64,000 nucleotides of DNA, taken from an uncultured Acidobacteriota bacterium (GTDB lineage: Bacteria; Acidobacteriota; Thermoanaerobaculia; Multivoradales; UBA5704). The stretch is from NCBI GenBank assembly GCA_963770895.1, contig CAVYRF010000001.1:1312001-1376000 (forward strand), read 5' to 3'. The notes beneath the pieces were generated by a model. It ran no database searches, was not told the DNA's origin, and saw only the letters and a program-made list of their open reading frames with translations. The first letter of the stretch is position 1. Each line of letters opens with the position of its first letter. Positions 18,447-28,678 of this stretch are shown piece after piece. A program made the position numbers and the translations under genes.

Positions 18447-20948
18447 ATGAGCGACTTTCGCCAGGACGTGCAGTTCGCCATCCGGACTCTCGCCAAGCAA
18501 CCCGCCCTGGCGGTGGCGGCGATCCTCACCCTGGCGCTCGGGATCGGCGCCAACACCGCCATCTTCAGCGTCGTCGATGCGGCGCTGCTCAAGCCGCCGC
18601 CGTTTCGCGAACCGGGCCGGCTGGTGATCGCCTGGTCTTCCAATCCCGACCTGGCAAGGCAGGCGGGCCTCAAGGACAAGCTGCCGGTGTCGTACGGCGA
18701 CTTTTACGACTGGCAGCGGTCGCTGCGCTCGTTCTCGCACCTGGCGCTGGCGGGCGGCTCGCACGTCACCATGTCCGGCGCAGGGGAGCCGGTGCAGCTG
18801 GGCGCCGTCGCCGCGACCGCCGACTTTGCCGCCACCCTGGGCACGCCGGCGCTGCTCGGCCGCACCCTGCTGCCCGCCGACGACGTGCCGGGCGACCCCA
18901 GCGTCATGGTGCTGTCCTACAACTTCTGGCAGCATCGCTTCGGCGGCGACCCGCGGGTGCTCGGCCGCAAGGTCTACCTGGATCGGCATCCGGCCACGAT
19001 CGTCGGGGTGATGCCGCCGCGCTTCGCGTTTCCGCGCGGTTCCGACATGCCGGCGGGCTTCGGCTTCGCCGGCGATCCGGACGCCTGGATCCCGCTCGGC
19101 CTCACTGCCGAGCAGCGGCAGAACCGCGGCGGGCACAGCGCCATCGCCTTCGGCCGCCTGCGGCCGGGGGTGGGGATCGCCGGCGCCGAAAAAGAGCTGC
19201 GGGCGCTCTGCGGGCGCCTGAGCCGCGAGCACGCCGACACCGAAACCGGCTGGAGCGCCTACCTGTCGCCGCTCGGCGAAGAGCTGGTGAGCAACATCCG
19301 GCCGGCGCTGCTGGTGCTGTGGGCCGCCGTCGGCTGCGTGCTGCTGATCGCCTGCGCCAACGTCGCCAACCTGCTGCTGGCCCGCGCCGCCTCGCGCCAC
19401 AAGGAGATCGCCGTGCGCACCGCGATCGGCGCCAGCCGCGGCCGCCTGGTGCGCCAGCTGCTGACCGAATGCGGCCTGCTGGCCCTGGGCGGCGGCATCC
19501 TGGGCGTCGGCCTGGCGGCGGTCGGGCTGCGGGTTTTCGGCGCCCTGGTGCCGGCCGGCCTGGCCGGCGCCGCCACCTACACGCTCGACCTGGGAGTGCT
19601 GGCCTGGACGGCCGGGCTGTGCTTTGTCGCCACGCTGCTGGCCGGCCTTGTGCCCGCCCTGCAGATGAGCCGCCCCGACCTGGCCGAGGCGCTCCGCGAG
19701 GGGACGCGGGCCGGCGCCGGCGGCGTCGGCAGCCGGCGCACGCGCGGCGCTCTGGTGATGGCGGAGGTGGCGCTGGCCGTGGTGCTGCTGATCGGCGCCG
19801 GGCTCCTGCTGCGCAGCTTCGAGCGCATCCTGGACGTGGACCCCGGCTTTCGCACCGCGCAGGTGCTGTCGTTCCAGCTGGACCAGGCGCGCGACCAGCG
19901 GCCGGGTCCGCAGCTCGAACGGTTCTTCGAGCGCATGAACGCGCGCCTGCAGTCCCTGCCGGGGGTGGTCGCCGCCGGTGCGGTGTCCAACCTGCCGCTG
20001 GGCGGCGACGACGACATCAACGGCTACAACCTGGAAGGGCGGCCGATGGCCAATCCCAACGATTTCGTCGTCGCCGACGACCGCGAGATCCTGCCGGGCT
20101 ACTTCGAGACCATGGGCATCCCGCTCAAGCGCGGGCGCTATCTGGGTGCCTCCGACACCGCGAGCGCGCCCAAGGTCGCGGTCATCAACGACGCCATGGC
20201 GCGCACCTACTGGCCGGACCAGGACGCCATCGGCAAGCGCTTCCGCAGCGCGGCGCCCGAAAAGTCCCAGGCCGAGGACCCGAAGAACCCCTGGGTCACC
20301 ATCGTCGGCGTGGTGGGCAGCGTCCGCCACAGCAGCCTCAACGCCGACCCCCGCCCGCAGGTCTACAAGCCGGCGGCGCAGGTCACCGAACACATGGTGC
20401 CCAGCGAATTCGACTTCGTGCTGCGCACCGGCGGCGATCCCGCCGCGCTCACCACCGCGGTGCGCCGCGCCGTCCACGAGCTGGACCCCGACGCGGCGGT
20501 GTCCCGCATCCGCACCCTCGACCAGGTGGTTGCCTCGTCGGTCGCCCCCCGCCGCTTCAACCTCCTGCTGCTGGGGCTGTTCGCCGGCCTCGCTCTGGCC
20601 CTGGCGGCGGTGGGGATCTACGGCATCACCTCCTACGCCGTGGTGCAGCGCACCCGCGAGCTGGGCCTGCGCCTGGCCCTGGGCGCGCGCCCCAGCGCGC
20701 TGCTGCGCCTGCTGCTGGTGGAAGCCCTCTGGCTGGCCGCGGCAGGCCTCATCGCCGGCCTGGCCGCCGCCCTGGTGCTGACCCGCGTCCTCACCTCGCT
20801 GCTCTACGGCGTCGGCTCGACCGACCCCCTGACCTTCGCCGCCGTCTCCCTGGGCCTGCTGCTCATCGCCCTGCTATCCGCCTGGGTCCCCGGCCGCCGC
20901 GCCACCCAGCTCGACCCGATGATCGCCCTGCGCGCCGACGCCATCTGA
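18447..20948 (+). CDS. ABC transporter permease, ADOP / MacB-FtsX duplicated orphan permease
   Basis: LALGIGANTAIFSVV, LLIACANVANLLLARA..R.KEIAVR.A.GA, and C-terminal DPMIALR. Confidence 0.93.
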   Translation: MSDFRQDVQFAIRTLAKQPALAVAAILTLALGIGANTAIFSVVDAALLKPPPFREPGRLVIAWSSNPDLARQAGLKDKLPVSYGDFYDWQRSLRSFSHLALAGGSHVTMSGAGEPVQLGAVAATADFAATLGTPALLGRTLLPADDVPGDPSVMVLSYNFWQHRFGGDPRVLGRKVYLDRHPATIVGVMPPRFAFPRGSDMPAGFGFAGDPDAWIPLGLTAEQRQNRGGHSAIAFGRLRPGVGIAGAEKELRALCGRLSREHADTETGWSAYLSPLGEELVSNIRPALLVLWAAVGCVLLIACANVANLLLARAASRHKEIAVRTAIGASRGRLVRQLLTECGLLALGGGILGVGLAAVGLRVFGALVPAGLAGAATYTLDLGVLAWTAGLCFVATLLAGLVPALQMSRPDLAEALREGTRAGAGGVGSRRTRGALVMAEVALAVVLLIGAGLLLRSFERILDVDPGFRTAQVLSFQLDQARDQRPGPQLERFFERMNARLQSLPGVVAAGAVSNLPLGGDDDINGYNLEGRPMANPNDFVVADDREILPGYFETMGIPLKRGRYLGASDTASAPKVAVINDAMARTYWPDQDAIGKRFRSAAPEKSQAEDPKNPWVTIVGVVGSVRHSSLNADPRPQVYKPAAQVTEHMVPSEFDFVLRTGGDPAALTTAVRRAVHELDPDAAVSRIRTLDQVVASSVAPRRFNLLLLGLFAGLALALAAVGIYGITSYAVVQRTRELGLRLALGARPSALLRLLLVEALWLAAAGLIAGLAAALVLTRVLTSLLYGVGSTDPLTFAAVSLGLLLIALLSAWVPGRRATQLDPMIALRADAI

Positions 20949-20990
20949 TCCCCGCCGCCGCTGCGCGGGAAGCGCAGCGTAGCGCATGGC

Positions 20991-21203
20991 TCAGCGCGCG
21001 GTGCGAGGTCGCCGTGCCTCTTCGATCCTCGCCAGGTCGAGCGCCCCAGACCCTCGCAGCCGCTCGACGTGCCGCATCACCCTCTGATCATCCACGAGCC
21101 GTTGCAGGGCGGCATTCACGGTCTCCTTGCTGGAGCCGCTCCCGGAGACGCTCCGCGCCCGCGCCAGCAGGTCGTCATCGATCTCGACAAGTCGTTTGGT
21201 CAT
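20991..21203 (-). CDS. VapB-family antitoxin (orphan)
   Basis: 'RLVEIDDDLLARAR...G..S.KETVNAAL' ribbon-helix-helix VapB signature; no PIN toxin gene follows. Confidence 0.75.
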   Translation of the reverse strand: MTKRLVEIDDDLLARARSVSGSGSSKETVNAALQRLVDDQRVMRHVERLRGSGALDLARIEEARRPRTAR

Positions 21204-21236
21204 GCGGCACCCGCAGCGCGGAGGCCGGCGGGCCGT

Positions 21237-22367
21237 TCAGTGCGTCAGGTCGTCTGGGGCTGGCTCCGCACCGGGTGCGCGGAGCGCCTGGGAGAGGCGG
21301 CGCAGGCCCTCCGCGACGTCGGCGGGAACGGTGGCGAAGCCCAGCCGGAAATGGCGCGGGGCGTCGAAGAAGCGGCCGGGCACGATCGAGGTGTCCAGCC
21401 GGCGCAGGCGATCGTGCAGCGCCGTGCTGTCGTCTTCGCGCAGCAGCCGCGGGAAGATCATCATGGCGCGGTCGGGCAGCACGGCGTCGAGCCAGTCCCG
21501 GTGCTCGGCCAGGAAGTCGCGCATGCGGTTCCAGTTGGGATCGATGATGGCGCGGGCGCGCGCGGCCAGGCGCGGCAGCTGGCGGAAGGCGGCCAGCGCC
21601 AGGGCGTCGCTCGGCATCGAATTGGTGGCGGCCATGAAGTCGTGCAGGCGCCGCAGCCGCGCGATGACGTCCGGCGCGCCCAGCACCCAGCCGCAGCGCA
21701 GGCCGCTCAAGCCGTAGCACTTGGTGAGGCTGCCGGTGGCCAGCACGTGCGGCCCCAGGTGGACGTGGCTCAGCGGCGCCAGGTCGCCCCACAGGTCCTT
21801 GTACACCTCGTCGACCAGCAGGTGCGCTCCCGCCCGCTCGGCCAGCCGCGCCACCTCCGCCACCTCGTCGTGGCTGGCGAGCACGCCGCTCGGGTTGTGC
21901 GGATTGGTCAGCACCACCAGGCGGACGTGGCCATCCAGCTGGGCGCGCAGCTCGCCCGCGTCCCAGCGCCAGCCGTGCTGGAAGCGGCGGCGGAAGCGGC
22001 GCAGGCGCGCCCCCAGCCAGGACAGCGCGGCCAGCAGCGGCTCGTAGGCCGGCTGCTCGACGAGCACCGTGTCGCCGGGCGAAACCAGCGTGGCGAAGGC
22101 CAGGAAGTTGGCGCCCGACGTCCCCGGCGCGGTGATCACCTGGCGCGCCTGGACGCCGTAGCGCTCGCCGATGGCGGCGAGCAGCGGCGCGTAGCCGTCG
22201 TGGTTGGGACCGTTGACCTGGATGTCCGCCGGCGCCAGCTCCAGGTCTTCGGTGGTGCAGCCGGCCAGGCCGCTGTTGGCCAGGTTGTAAGGCGCCGCCG
22301 CGTGATCCTTGGCCCAGCGCATGTAGACGCTGCCGCTGACGCGGGCCGGCTGTTCGTGCTCAATCAT
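21237..22367 (-). CDS. PLP-dependent aminotransferase class I/II
   Basis: TNPHNPSG, VDEVY, GSLTKCYGLSGLRCGW motifs; overlaps the end of the permease gene. Confidence 0.88.
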   Translation of the reverse strand: MIEHEQPARVSGSVYMRWAKDHAAAPYNLANSGLAGCTTEDLELAPADIQVNGPNHDGYAPLLAAIGERYGVQARQVITAPGTSGANFLAFATLVSPGDTVLVEQPAYEPLLAALSWLGARLRRFRRRFQHGWRWDAGELRAQLDGHVRLVVLTNPHNPSGVLASHDEVAEVARLAERAGAHLLVDEVYKDLWGDLAPLSHVHLGPHVLATGSLTKCYGLSGLRCGWVLGAPDVIARLRRLHDFMAATNSMPSDALALAAFRQLPRLAARARAIIDPNWNRMRDFLAEHRDWLDAVLPDRAMMIFPRLLREDDSTALHDRLRRLDTSIVPGRFFDAPRHFRLGFATVPADVAEGLRRLSQALRAPGAEPAPDDLTH

Positions 22368-23766
22368 TGGAGGCATTGGTGGAGGCATTGGAGGCGGGAG
22401 CGGGCGGCGTGGCGGCGGCCAGGCGGCGGGCGCCGGCGGCGCGCCACAGCAGGTAGGCGGGGACACCCATCGCCATCACCGCGGCGGCCAGCAGGGCGTC
22501 GCGCGGCGCGGCGAAGAACAGGTTGACGACGATCGCCACCCCGGCCAGGCTGAACAGCAGCGGCACCCAGGGGTAGCCGGGAGTGGGGAAGGGGCGCGGC
22601 GCGGCCGGCAGCTTGCGGCGGAAGACCAGCAGCGACACTCCCGCCAGGGCAAAAAAGATCCAGTCGGCAAAGACGGCGTAGCTGAGCAGCCGTTCGTAGC
22701 TGTGGCTGAGGGCCAGGGCGGCCGCCAGGGCGCCCTGCAGCAGGATGGCGGCTACCGGCACGCGGAAGCGTGGGCTGATGCGGGCGATGGCGCGAAAGAA
22801 CAGGCCGTCGGCGGCCATGGCGTAATAGACGCGCGGCGCGGTCAGCAGCGCGTGGTTGAGGAAGCCGAAGGTCGACACCACGATCAGGGCGCTGATCGCG
22901 CTGCCGCCGGCGCGCCCGAGCACGCGCGTGGCGGCGTCCGCCGCCGGCGTGCGGGTGGCGGCCAGCACCGGCGCCGACAGGATGTGGAGGTAGGCGAAGT
23001 TGGCGCCCACGTACAGCACGATCACCACCGCGACGCCGATCAGGATGGCCCGCGGCAGGTTGCGCTGCGGGTCGCGCACCTCCTCGGCGACGTAGTTCAC
23101 CGTCTGCCAGCCGCCGTAGGAAAACATCGTCGGCACCAGGCCGGCAAAGAAGGCCGAAAACAGCAGCCAGCCGTGCAGGCCCGGCGGCGTCAGCGGCCGC
23201 ATCGGCAAGCCCGCGGAGCGCGAAAAGGCGAACACGGCGACGATCAGCGCGCCCAGCGCCAGCACCTTGGCGGTGGTGATGACGTTGATCACCATCGATC
23301 CGGGCCGCACCCCCAGCGCGTGGAAACCGGCGAGCGACAGCACCACCGCGGCCCCCAGCCACGGCACCACCGCTTCCGGCAGGCCGAACAGCGGCACCAG
23401 GTACTGGGCGAAAGCCACCGCCACCGCCGCGGTGGCGCCCGATTCGATGATCAGCAGCAGCGACCAGCCGTGCAGGAACGCCACCAGCGGGTGGAACGCC
23501 TCGCGGAAGAAGGCGTACTGGCCGCCGACCCGCGGCATCACCGTGCTCAGCTCGGCAAACACGAACGCCCCGGCGAGCGCCAGCGCCCCGCCCGCCACCC
23601 AGACCCCCAGGATCAGGAAGGGTGTGCCGACGGCCCGCGCCACCACGTACGGATTGATGAAGATGCCCGAGCCGACGATGCCGGCCACCACGATCATCGT
23701 GGTGTCGAACAGGTTGAGCCGCCGCGCAAAGGTGGCGGCCTCGGGGGTGGGCGCGCTGGGCTCCAT
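22360..23766 (-). CDS. APC-family amino acid permease
   Basis: IVGSGIF, AELST.MP..GG.Y, FSYGGW, EEV.DP.RNLPRAI; many TM segments. Confidence 0.92.
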   Translation of the reverse strand: MEPSAPTPEAATFARRLNLFDTTMIVVAGIVGSGIFINPYVVARAVGTPFLILGVWVAGGALALAGAFVFAELSTVMPRVGGQYAFFREAFHPLVAFLHGWSLLLIIESGATAAVAVAFAQYLVPLFGLPEAVVPWLGAAVVLSLAGFHALGVRPGSMVINVITTAKVLALGALIVAVFAFSRSAGLPMRPLTPPGLHGWLLFSAFFAGLVPTMFSYGGWQTVNYVAEEVRDPQRNLPRAILIGVAVVIVLYVGANFAYLHILSAPVLAATRTPAADAATRVLGRAGGSAISALIVVSTFGFLNHALLTAPRVYYAMAADGLFFRAIARISPRFRVPVAAILLQGALAAALALSHSYERLLSYAVFADWIFFALAGVSLLVFRRKLPAAPRPFPTPGYPWVPLLFSLAGVAIVVNLFFAAPRDALLAAAVMAMGVPAYLLWRAAGARRLAAATPPAPASNASTNASND

Positions 23767-23837
23767 GGACTGGCGCGCCAACCCTATCACGGCCGCCGGC
23801 GGCGGCCGCGACAGCAGGCGCCGGCGGCCATGCCCCC

Positions 23838-25520
23838 TTACCGCCGGGGGGTCGGGGTGGCGGGCGCGGTGTTGTCCGGGTTCGCCGGGTTCGCCTGCTG
23901 CGCCGCCGGCGCGGCCTTGGGCGCCAGCGGATCGCCGCTGTCGGCGCGGGCGGCGCGCGACAGGACGGCGCCGGCCGACGGCAGATCGCCGGCGGTCCAG
24001 CCGCCGCCCAGGGCCTTGACCAGGTTGACGGCGGCGGTCATGCGGCGGGTCTGGATGGTGACGGCGGTGTTCTCGTTGGAAAGCGCAATGGCCTGGGCGG
24101 TGATGACTTCCAGGTAGGTGGTGATGCCGCCCTCGTAGCGGTTGGTCGACAGCGCCAGCGACTTTTCGGCGGCGGTCACCGCGGCGGCCTGTTGCGTCGT
24201 TTCGAGCGACAGCACGCGCAGCGCCGACAGGTTGTCTTCGACGTCCTGGAAGGCGGCCAGCACCGTCTGGCGGTAGCCGGCGACGGCGGCGTCGTAGGTC
24301 GCCCGCGCCTGCTCGACGCCGGCGCGCCGCGCGCCGCCGTCGAAGATGGTCTGCGCCAGCGAGGCGCCCAGGGACCAGAAGCGGTCAGGCCAGTTGAACA
24401 GGGTCGACAGCAGCGTGCTCTCGAAGCCGCCGGCGCCGGTGAGCGAGATCGTCGGGTAGTAGGCGGCCATCTGCACGCCGATCTGGGCATTGGCCGCCGC
24501 CATCTGGCGCTCGGCGGCGGCGATGTCGGGCCGCCGTTCCAGCAGCGCCGACGGCACCGCCAGCGGGATCTCCGGCGGCGTCACGTCGAGCGGCGACCGG
24601 GGGATGCTCAGCGCGGCGGGAGGCTTGCCGGTGAGCATCGCGATGGCGTGCTCGAATTGCGTGCGGGCGACGTCCAGGTCGATCGACTGGGCGCGCGTCT
24701 GCTCCAGCTGCGTCTGCGCCTGCGCCACGTCGACGCCCGAGGCGATGCCCTGCTTGTAGCGGTTGGTGGTCAGGTCGAGCGCCTTTTGATAGGCGACGGC
24801 GGTGGAATCGAGCAGCTTTTTCTGCGCGTCGGAGCCGCGCAGCGAAAAGTAGTCGGCGGCCAGCTCCGCCTGCATGCTGAGCCGCATCACCTCGACCTGG
24901 GCGGCGCTCGCCTGGGCGGTGGCGACGTTGGACTCGATCATGCGTCGTACCTTGCCCCATACGTCCGCTTCGTAGTTGATCTCCAGCGGCACTTCGAAGA
25001 CGCTGGTGGTGGCGCCCGGCACGACGATCGTCGGGGTGGTGGACGTGGTGGTGCTGCCGGTGCCGCCCGTGCCGCCGGTGCCGGTCCCGGTGGTGGTGGT
25101 GACCGTCGGGGCCACGGCGCGGCCCGTCGTGCTGTAGGAGCGCGAGGCCGAAGGCGCCACGCCGACGGTGGGGAACAGGCCGGCGCGGGCGATCTGCGCC
25201 GCGGCGCGCGCGGCGCGGTACTGCGCTTCGGCCTGCGCCACCGACTGGTTGGAAACCGCGACCTGCTCTTCCAGCTGGTTGAGCAGCGGATCGCCGAACA
25301 GCTCCCACCACTTGCCGCGCGGCAGCAGGTCCTGCGGCTGCGCCTGCTTCCAGTCGCCCGGCGGCGACTCCTTGAAGGCGGCCGGCGTGGTGACCGGCGG
25401 CTTTTGATACTGCGGTCCGACCATGCACGCCGCCGCCGCGAGCGACAGCGCGGTAACTGCGGCAAGCGCCGCCGCCTGCCGGCACCGCGTCCAAGCCGTG
25501 GGAACCCTTTTGGATGTCAT
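23838..25520 (-). CDS. RND efflux outer-membrane lipoprotein (NodT/OprM family)
   Basis: Lipobox AAAC-MVGP.Y..P; WW.LFGDP.L; LLERRPDIAAAER; KALGGGW. Confidence 0.92.
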   Translation of the reverse strand: MTSKRVPTAWTRCRQAAALAAVTALSLAAAACMVGPQYQKPPVTTPAAFKESPPGDWKQAQPQDLLPRGKWWELFGDPLLNQLEEQVAVSNQSVAQAEAQYRAARAAAQIARAGLFPTVGVAPSASRSYSTTGRAVAPTVTTTTGTGTGGTGGTGSTTTSTTPTIVVPGATTSVFEVPLEINYEADVWGKVRRMIESNVATAQASAAQVEVMRLSMQAELAADYFSLRGSDAQKKLLDSTAVAYQKALDLTTNRYKQGIASGVDVAQAQTQLEQTRAQSIDLDVARTQFEHAIAMLTGKPPAALSIPRSPLDVTPPEIPLAVPSALLERRPDIAAAERQMAAANAQIGVQMAAYYPTISLTGAGGFESTLLSTLFNWPDRFWSLGASLAQTIFDGGARRAGVEQARATYDAAVAGYRQTVLAAFQDVEDNLSALRVLSLETTQQAAAVTAAEKSLALSTNRYEGGITTYLEVITAQAIALSNENTAVTIQTRRMTAAVNLVKALGGGWTAGDLPSAGAVLSRAARADSGDPLAPKAAPAAQQANPANPDNTAPATPTPRR

Positions 25521-25527
25521 GAGCGCT

Positions 25528-28500
25528 TCAAGCCTCCTGGCTGGCGGGCCTGGTCTTGGCCTGCGGCCGGCGATGCCGGCCGCGCAGCCGCTCCCAGCGC
25601 AGCCGGAATCGATCGAGATAGAGATAGACCACGGGAGTGGTGTACAGGGTCAACGCCTGGCTGAACAGCAATCCGCCGACGATCGAGATGCCCAGCGGGC
25701 GGCGCAGCTCGGCGCCGGTGCCGCGGCTGATGGCGAGCGGCAGGCCGCCCAGCATCGCCGCCATGGTGGTCATGGTGATCGGCCGGAAGCGCAGCAGGCA
25801 GGCCTGGAAGATCGCCTGCTCGGGGGATTTGCCGCTCGCGTTCTTCCTCGATCGCAAAATCGATCATCAGGATGGCGTTCTTTTTGACGATTCCGATGAG
25901 CAGGATGATGCCGATTAGGGCGATGACCGATCAGTTCCGTGCGGGTCACCAGCAGCGCCAGCAGCGCGCCGACGCCCGCCGACGGCAGCGTCGACAGGAT
26001 GGTGATCGGGTGGATGACGCTTTCGTACAGCACGCCCAGCACGATGTAGACCGTCACCAGCGCCGCCGCGATCAGCAGCGGCTCGTTGGCGAGCGACGCC
26101 TGAAACGCCTGCGCCGTCCCCTGGAAGCTGCCGCGGATGTCGGAGGGCAGTCCGATCTTGCGCTCCGCCTGTTCGATCGCCGTCACCGCCGGCCCCAGCG
26201 CCTGGTTGGCGGGCAGGTTGAACGAGATGGTGACCGATGGGAACACGCCGGAATGGTTGACCGCGAGCGAGGTGGTCGACGACGCGTAATGGGTGAAGGC
26301 GGACAGCGGCACCAGCGTCCCGTTCGGACTGTTGGCGTTCCTGCCCTTGACGTACAGGTAGCGCAGCCCGTCGGGATTCTGCCAGAACTGCGGCGCCACC
26401 TCCATCACCACGTGGTACTGGTTGAGCGGCTGAAACATGGTCGAGACCTGCCGCTGGCCGAAGGCGTCGTACAGCGTGTCGTCGATCGTCTGGGCGCTGA
26501 TCCCCATGCGGGACGCGGTGGAGCGATCGATCACCAGCGACGATTCCAGCCCGCGGTCCTGCTGGTCGGTGTTGACGTCGGCCAGGATCGGCAGCGCGCG
26601 CAGGGTCTGCAGCACCTTGGGCGCCCAGCGCAGCAGCTCGTCGGTGTTGTCGCCCTGCAGGGTGTATTGATATTGCGCGGCGCTCGCCCGGCCGCCCACC
26701 CGCAGGTCCTGCACCGGTTGCAGATAGAGGTTGAGCCCCGGCACGCGCGCCAGGTGCGGGCGCATCCGGGCGATGATCTGGTCGGCGTTCAGATTGCGCT
26801 TGCCGCGCTCGCCCACCGCCTTCAGGTTGACGAACATCCGCCCCTGGTTGACCGCCTGGCCGCCGATGAAGGCCGACACCGAATCGACCGCCGGGTCTTT
26901 TTGCACGATCCCGACCATGGTGGCAAGACGCGTCTTCATCGCCTGGAACGAAGTGTCCTGGTCGGCCACCAGCTGGCCGGTCAGGCGCCCGGTGTCCTGC
27001 TGCGGGAAAAAGCCCTTGGGCACGGCGATGTACAGGTACACCGTCGCCGCCATGGTGAGGATCGTCACCATCAAAGTCAGCGGCTGGTGGCGCAGCACCC
27101 AGGCGAGCGAGGCGCGGTAGCCGCTGAGGATGCGCTCGAATCCCCGTTCGCTCAGGTTGTAAAGCCGGCCGTGCCGCTCGCCGGCGTGCTCGCGCAGCAG
27201 GCGCGCGCACATCATCGGCGTGGTGGTCAGCGAGATGACCAACGACACGGCGATGGCCACCGACAGGGTGACGGCGAACTCGCGGAACAGCCGGCCGACG
27301 ATGCCGCCCATCAGCAGGATGGGGATGAACACCGCCACCAGCGAGATGCTGATCGACATGACGGTAAAGCCGATCTCCGCGGCGCCGCGCAGCGCCGCTT
27401 CGTGCGGTTTCATCCCCGCCTCCAGGTGGCGGGTGATGTTTTCGATCACCACGATGGCGTCGTCGACGACGAAGCCGGTGGCGATGGTGAGCGCCATCAG
27501 CGACAGGTTGTCGATGCTGTAGCCGCACAGGTACATGATGCCGAAGGTGCCGATCAGCGACGCCGGCACCGCGACGCTCGGGATGAGCGTGGCGCGGACG
27601 TTGCGCAGGAAGACGAACACCACCAGGATCACCAGGATGATCGAGATGGTGAGCGTCCGTTCGACGTCCTTGACCGAAGCGCGGATGGTGCGCGTGGCGG
27701 TCGATCAGGACGTCGAGCGAGATGACCGGCGGCACGGACGCCTGCAGTTGCGGCAGCACCGCACGCACGCGGTCGACGGTGTCGATGATGTTGGCGCCGG
27801 GCTGGCGGAAGATGATGATCGATGACGGCGGGCTTGCCGTTGGTGAGGCCGCCGGTGCGGATGTCCTCTACCGAATCGATGACGCTGGCGATGTCCGACA
27901 GGCGCACCGCGGCGCCGGTAGTGCGGTTGTAGGCGACGATCTGCGGCTGGTATTCGACCGCCTTGAGCAGCTGGTCGGTGGTGCTGATCGACCAGTTGCG
28001 CCGCATGTCGCCGACCGCCCCCTTGGGGTTGTTGGCGTTGGCGCTGGCCAGCGCGGCGCGCACGTCTTCCAGGCTCAGCCCCTTGGCGTTGAGCTCGGTG
28101 GGGTTGACCTCCACCCGCACCGCCGGCAGCGCGCCGCCGCCGACGATGACCTGGCCGACGCCGCGGCACCTGCGACAGCTTCTGCTCCAGGATGGTCGAG
28201 GCCAGCGTCGTAGATCCGCCCCCGGCTCACCATGTCGGACGTCAGGCGCCATCAATCATGATCGGCGCGTCGGCCGGATTCACCTTGCGGTACCAGTGGG
28301 TTGGAGGGCAGGTTGGTGGGCAGCTGGCCGCGGGCGGCGTTGATCGCCGCCTGGACGTCGCGCGCCGCGGCGTCGATGTTGCGGCTGAGGTCGAACTGCA
28401 GGGTGACCGCGGTGGCGCCCAGCGTGCTGGACGAAGTCATTTCCGTGACGCCGGCGATGCGGCCGAACTGCCGTTCGAGCGGCGTGGCGACCGACGAAGC

Positions 28501-28678
28501 CATGGTCTCGGGGCTGGCGCCGGGCAGCGACGCCTGACACGCTGATGGTGGGAAAGTCGACCTGCGGCAGCGGCGACACCGGCAGCACGGTGTAGGCGAT
28601 GGCGCCGGCCAACACCAGCGCCACCGTCAGCAGCGTGGTGGCGATCGGCCGCTCGATGAAGGGAGTCGAGATGCTCAT
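25528..28678 (-). pseudogene. mdtC: Multidrug RND transporter MdtC, multiply frameshifted (probably sequence errors)
   Basis: Starts [17 protein letters not shown]; [24 protein letters not shown] and ACLLRFRPI lie in different frames. Confidence 0.85.

Noticed and set aside
22364-22394. Short repeat (cattggagg/cattggtgg) at the permease/aminotransferase overlap
   Set aside because: A short slippage repeat that only gives alternative ATGs; no evidence of function.
13223-23766. Aminotransferases and permeases as dedicated NRPS tailoring/export genes
   Set aside because: Mixed orientations, generic families and no operon link; not excluded, but unsupported.
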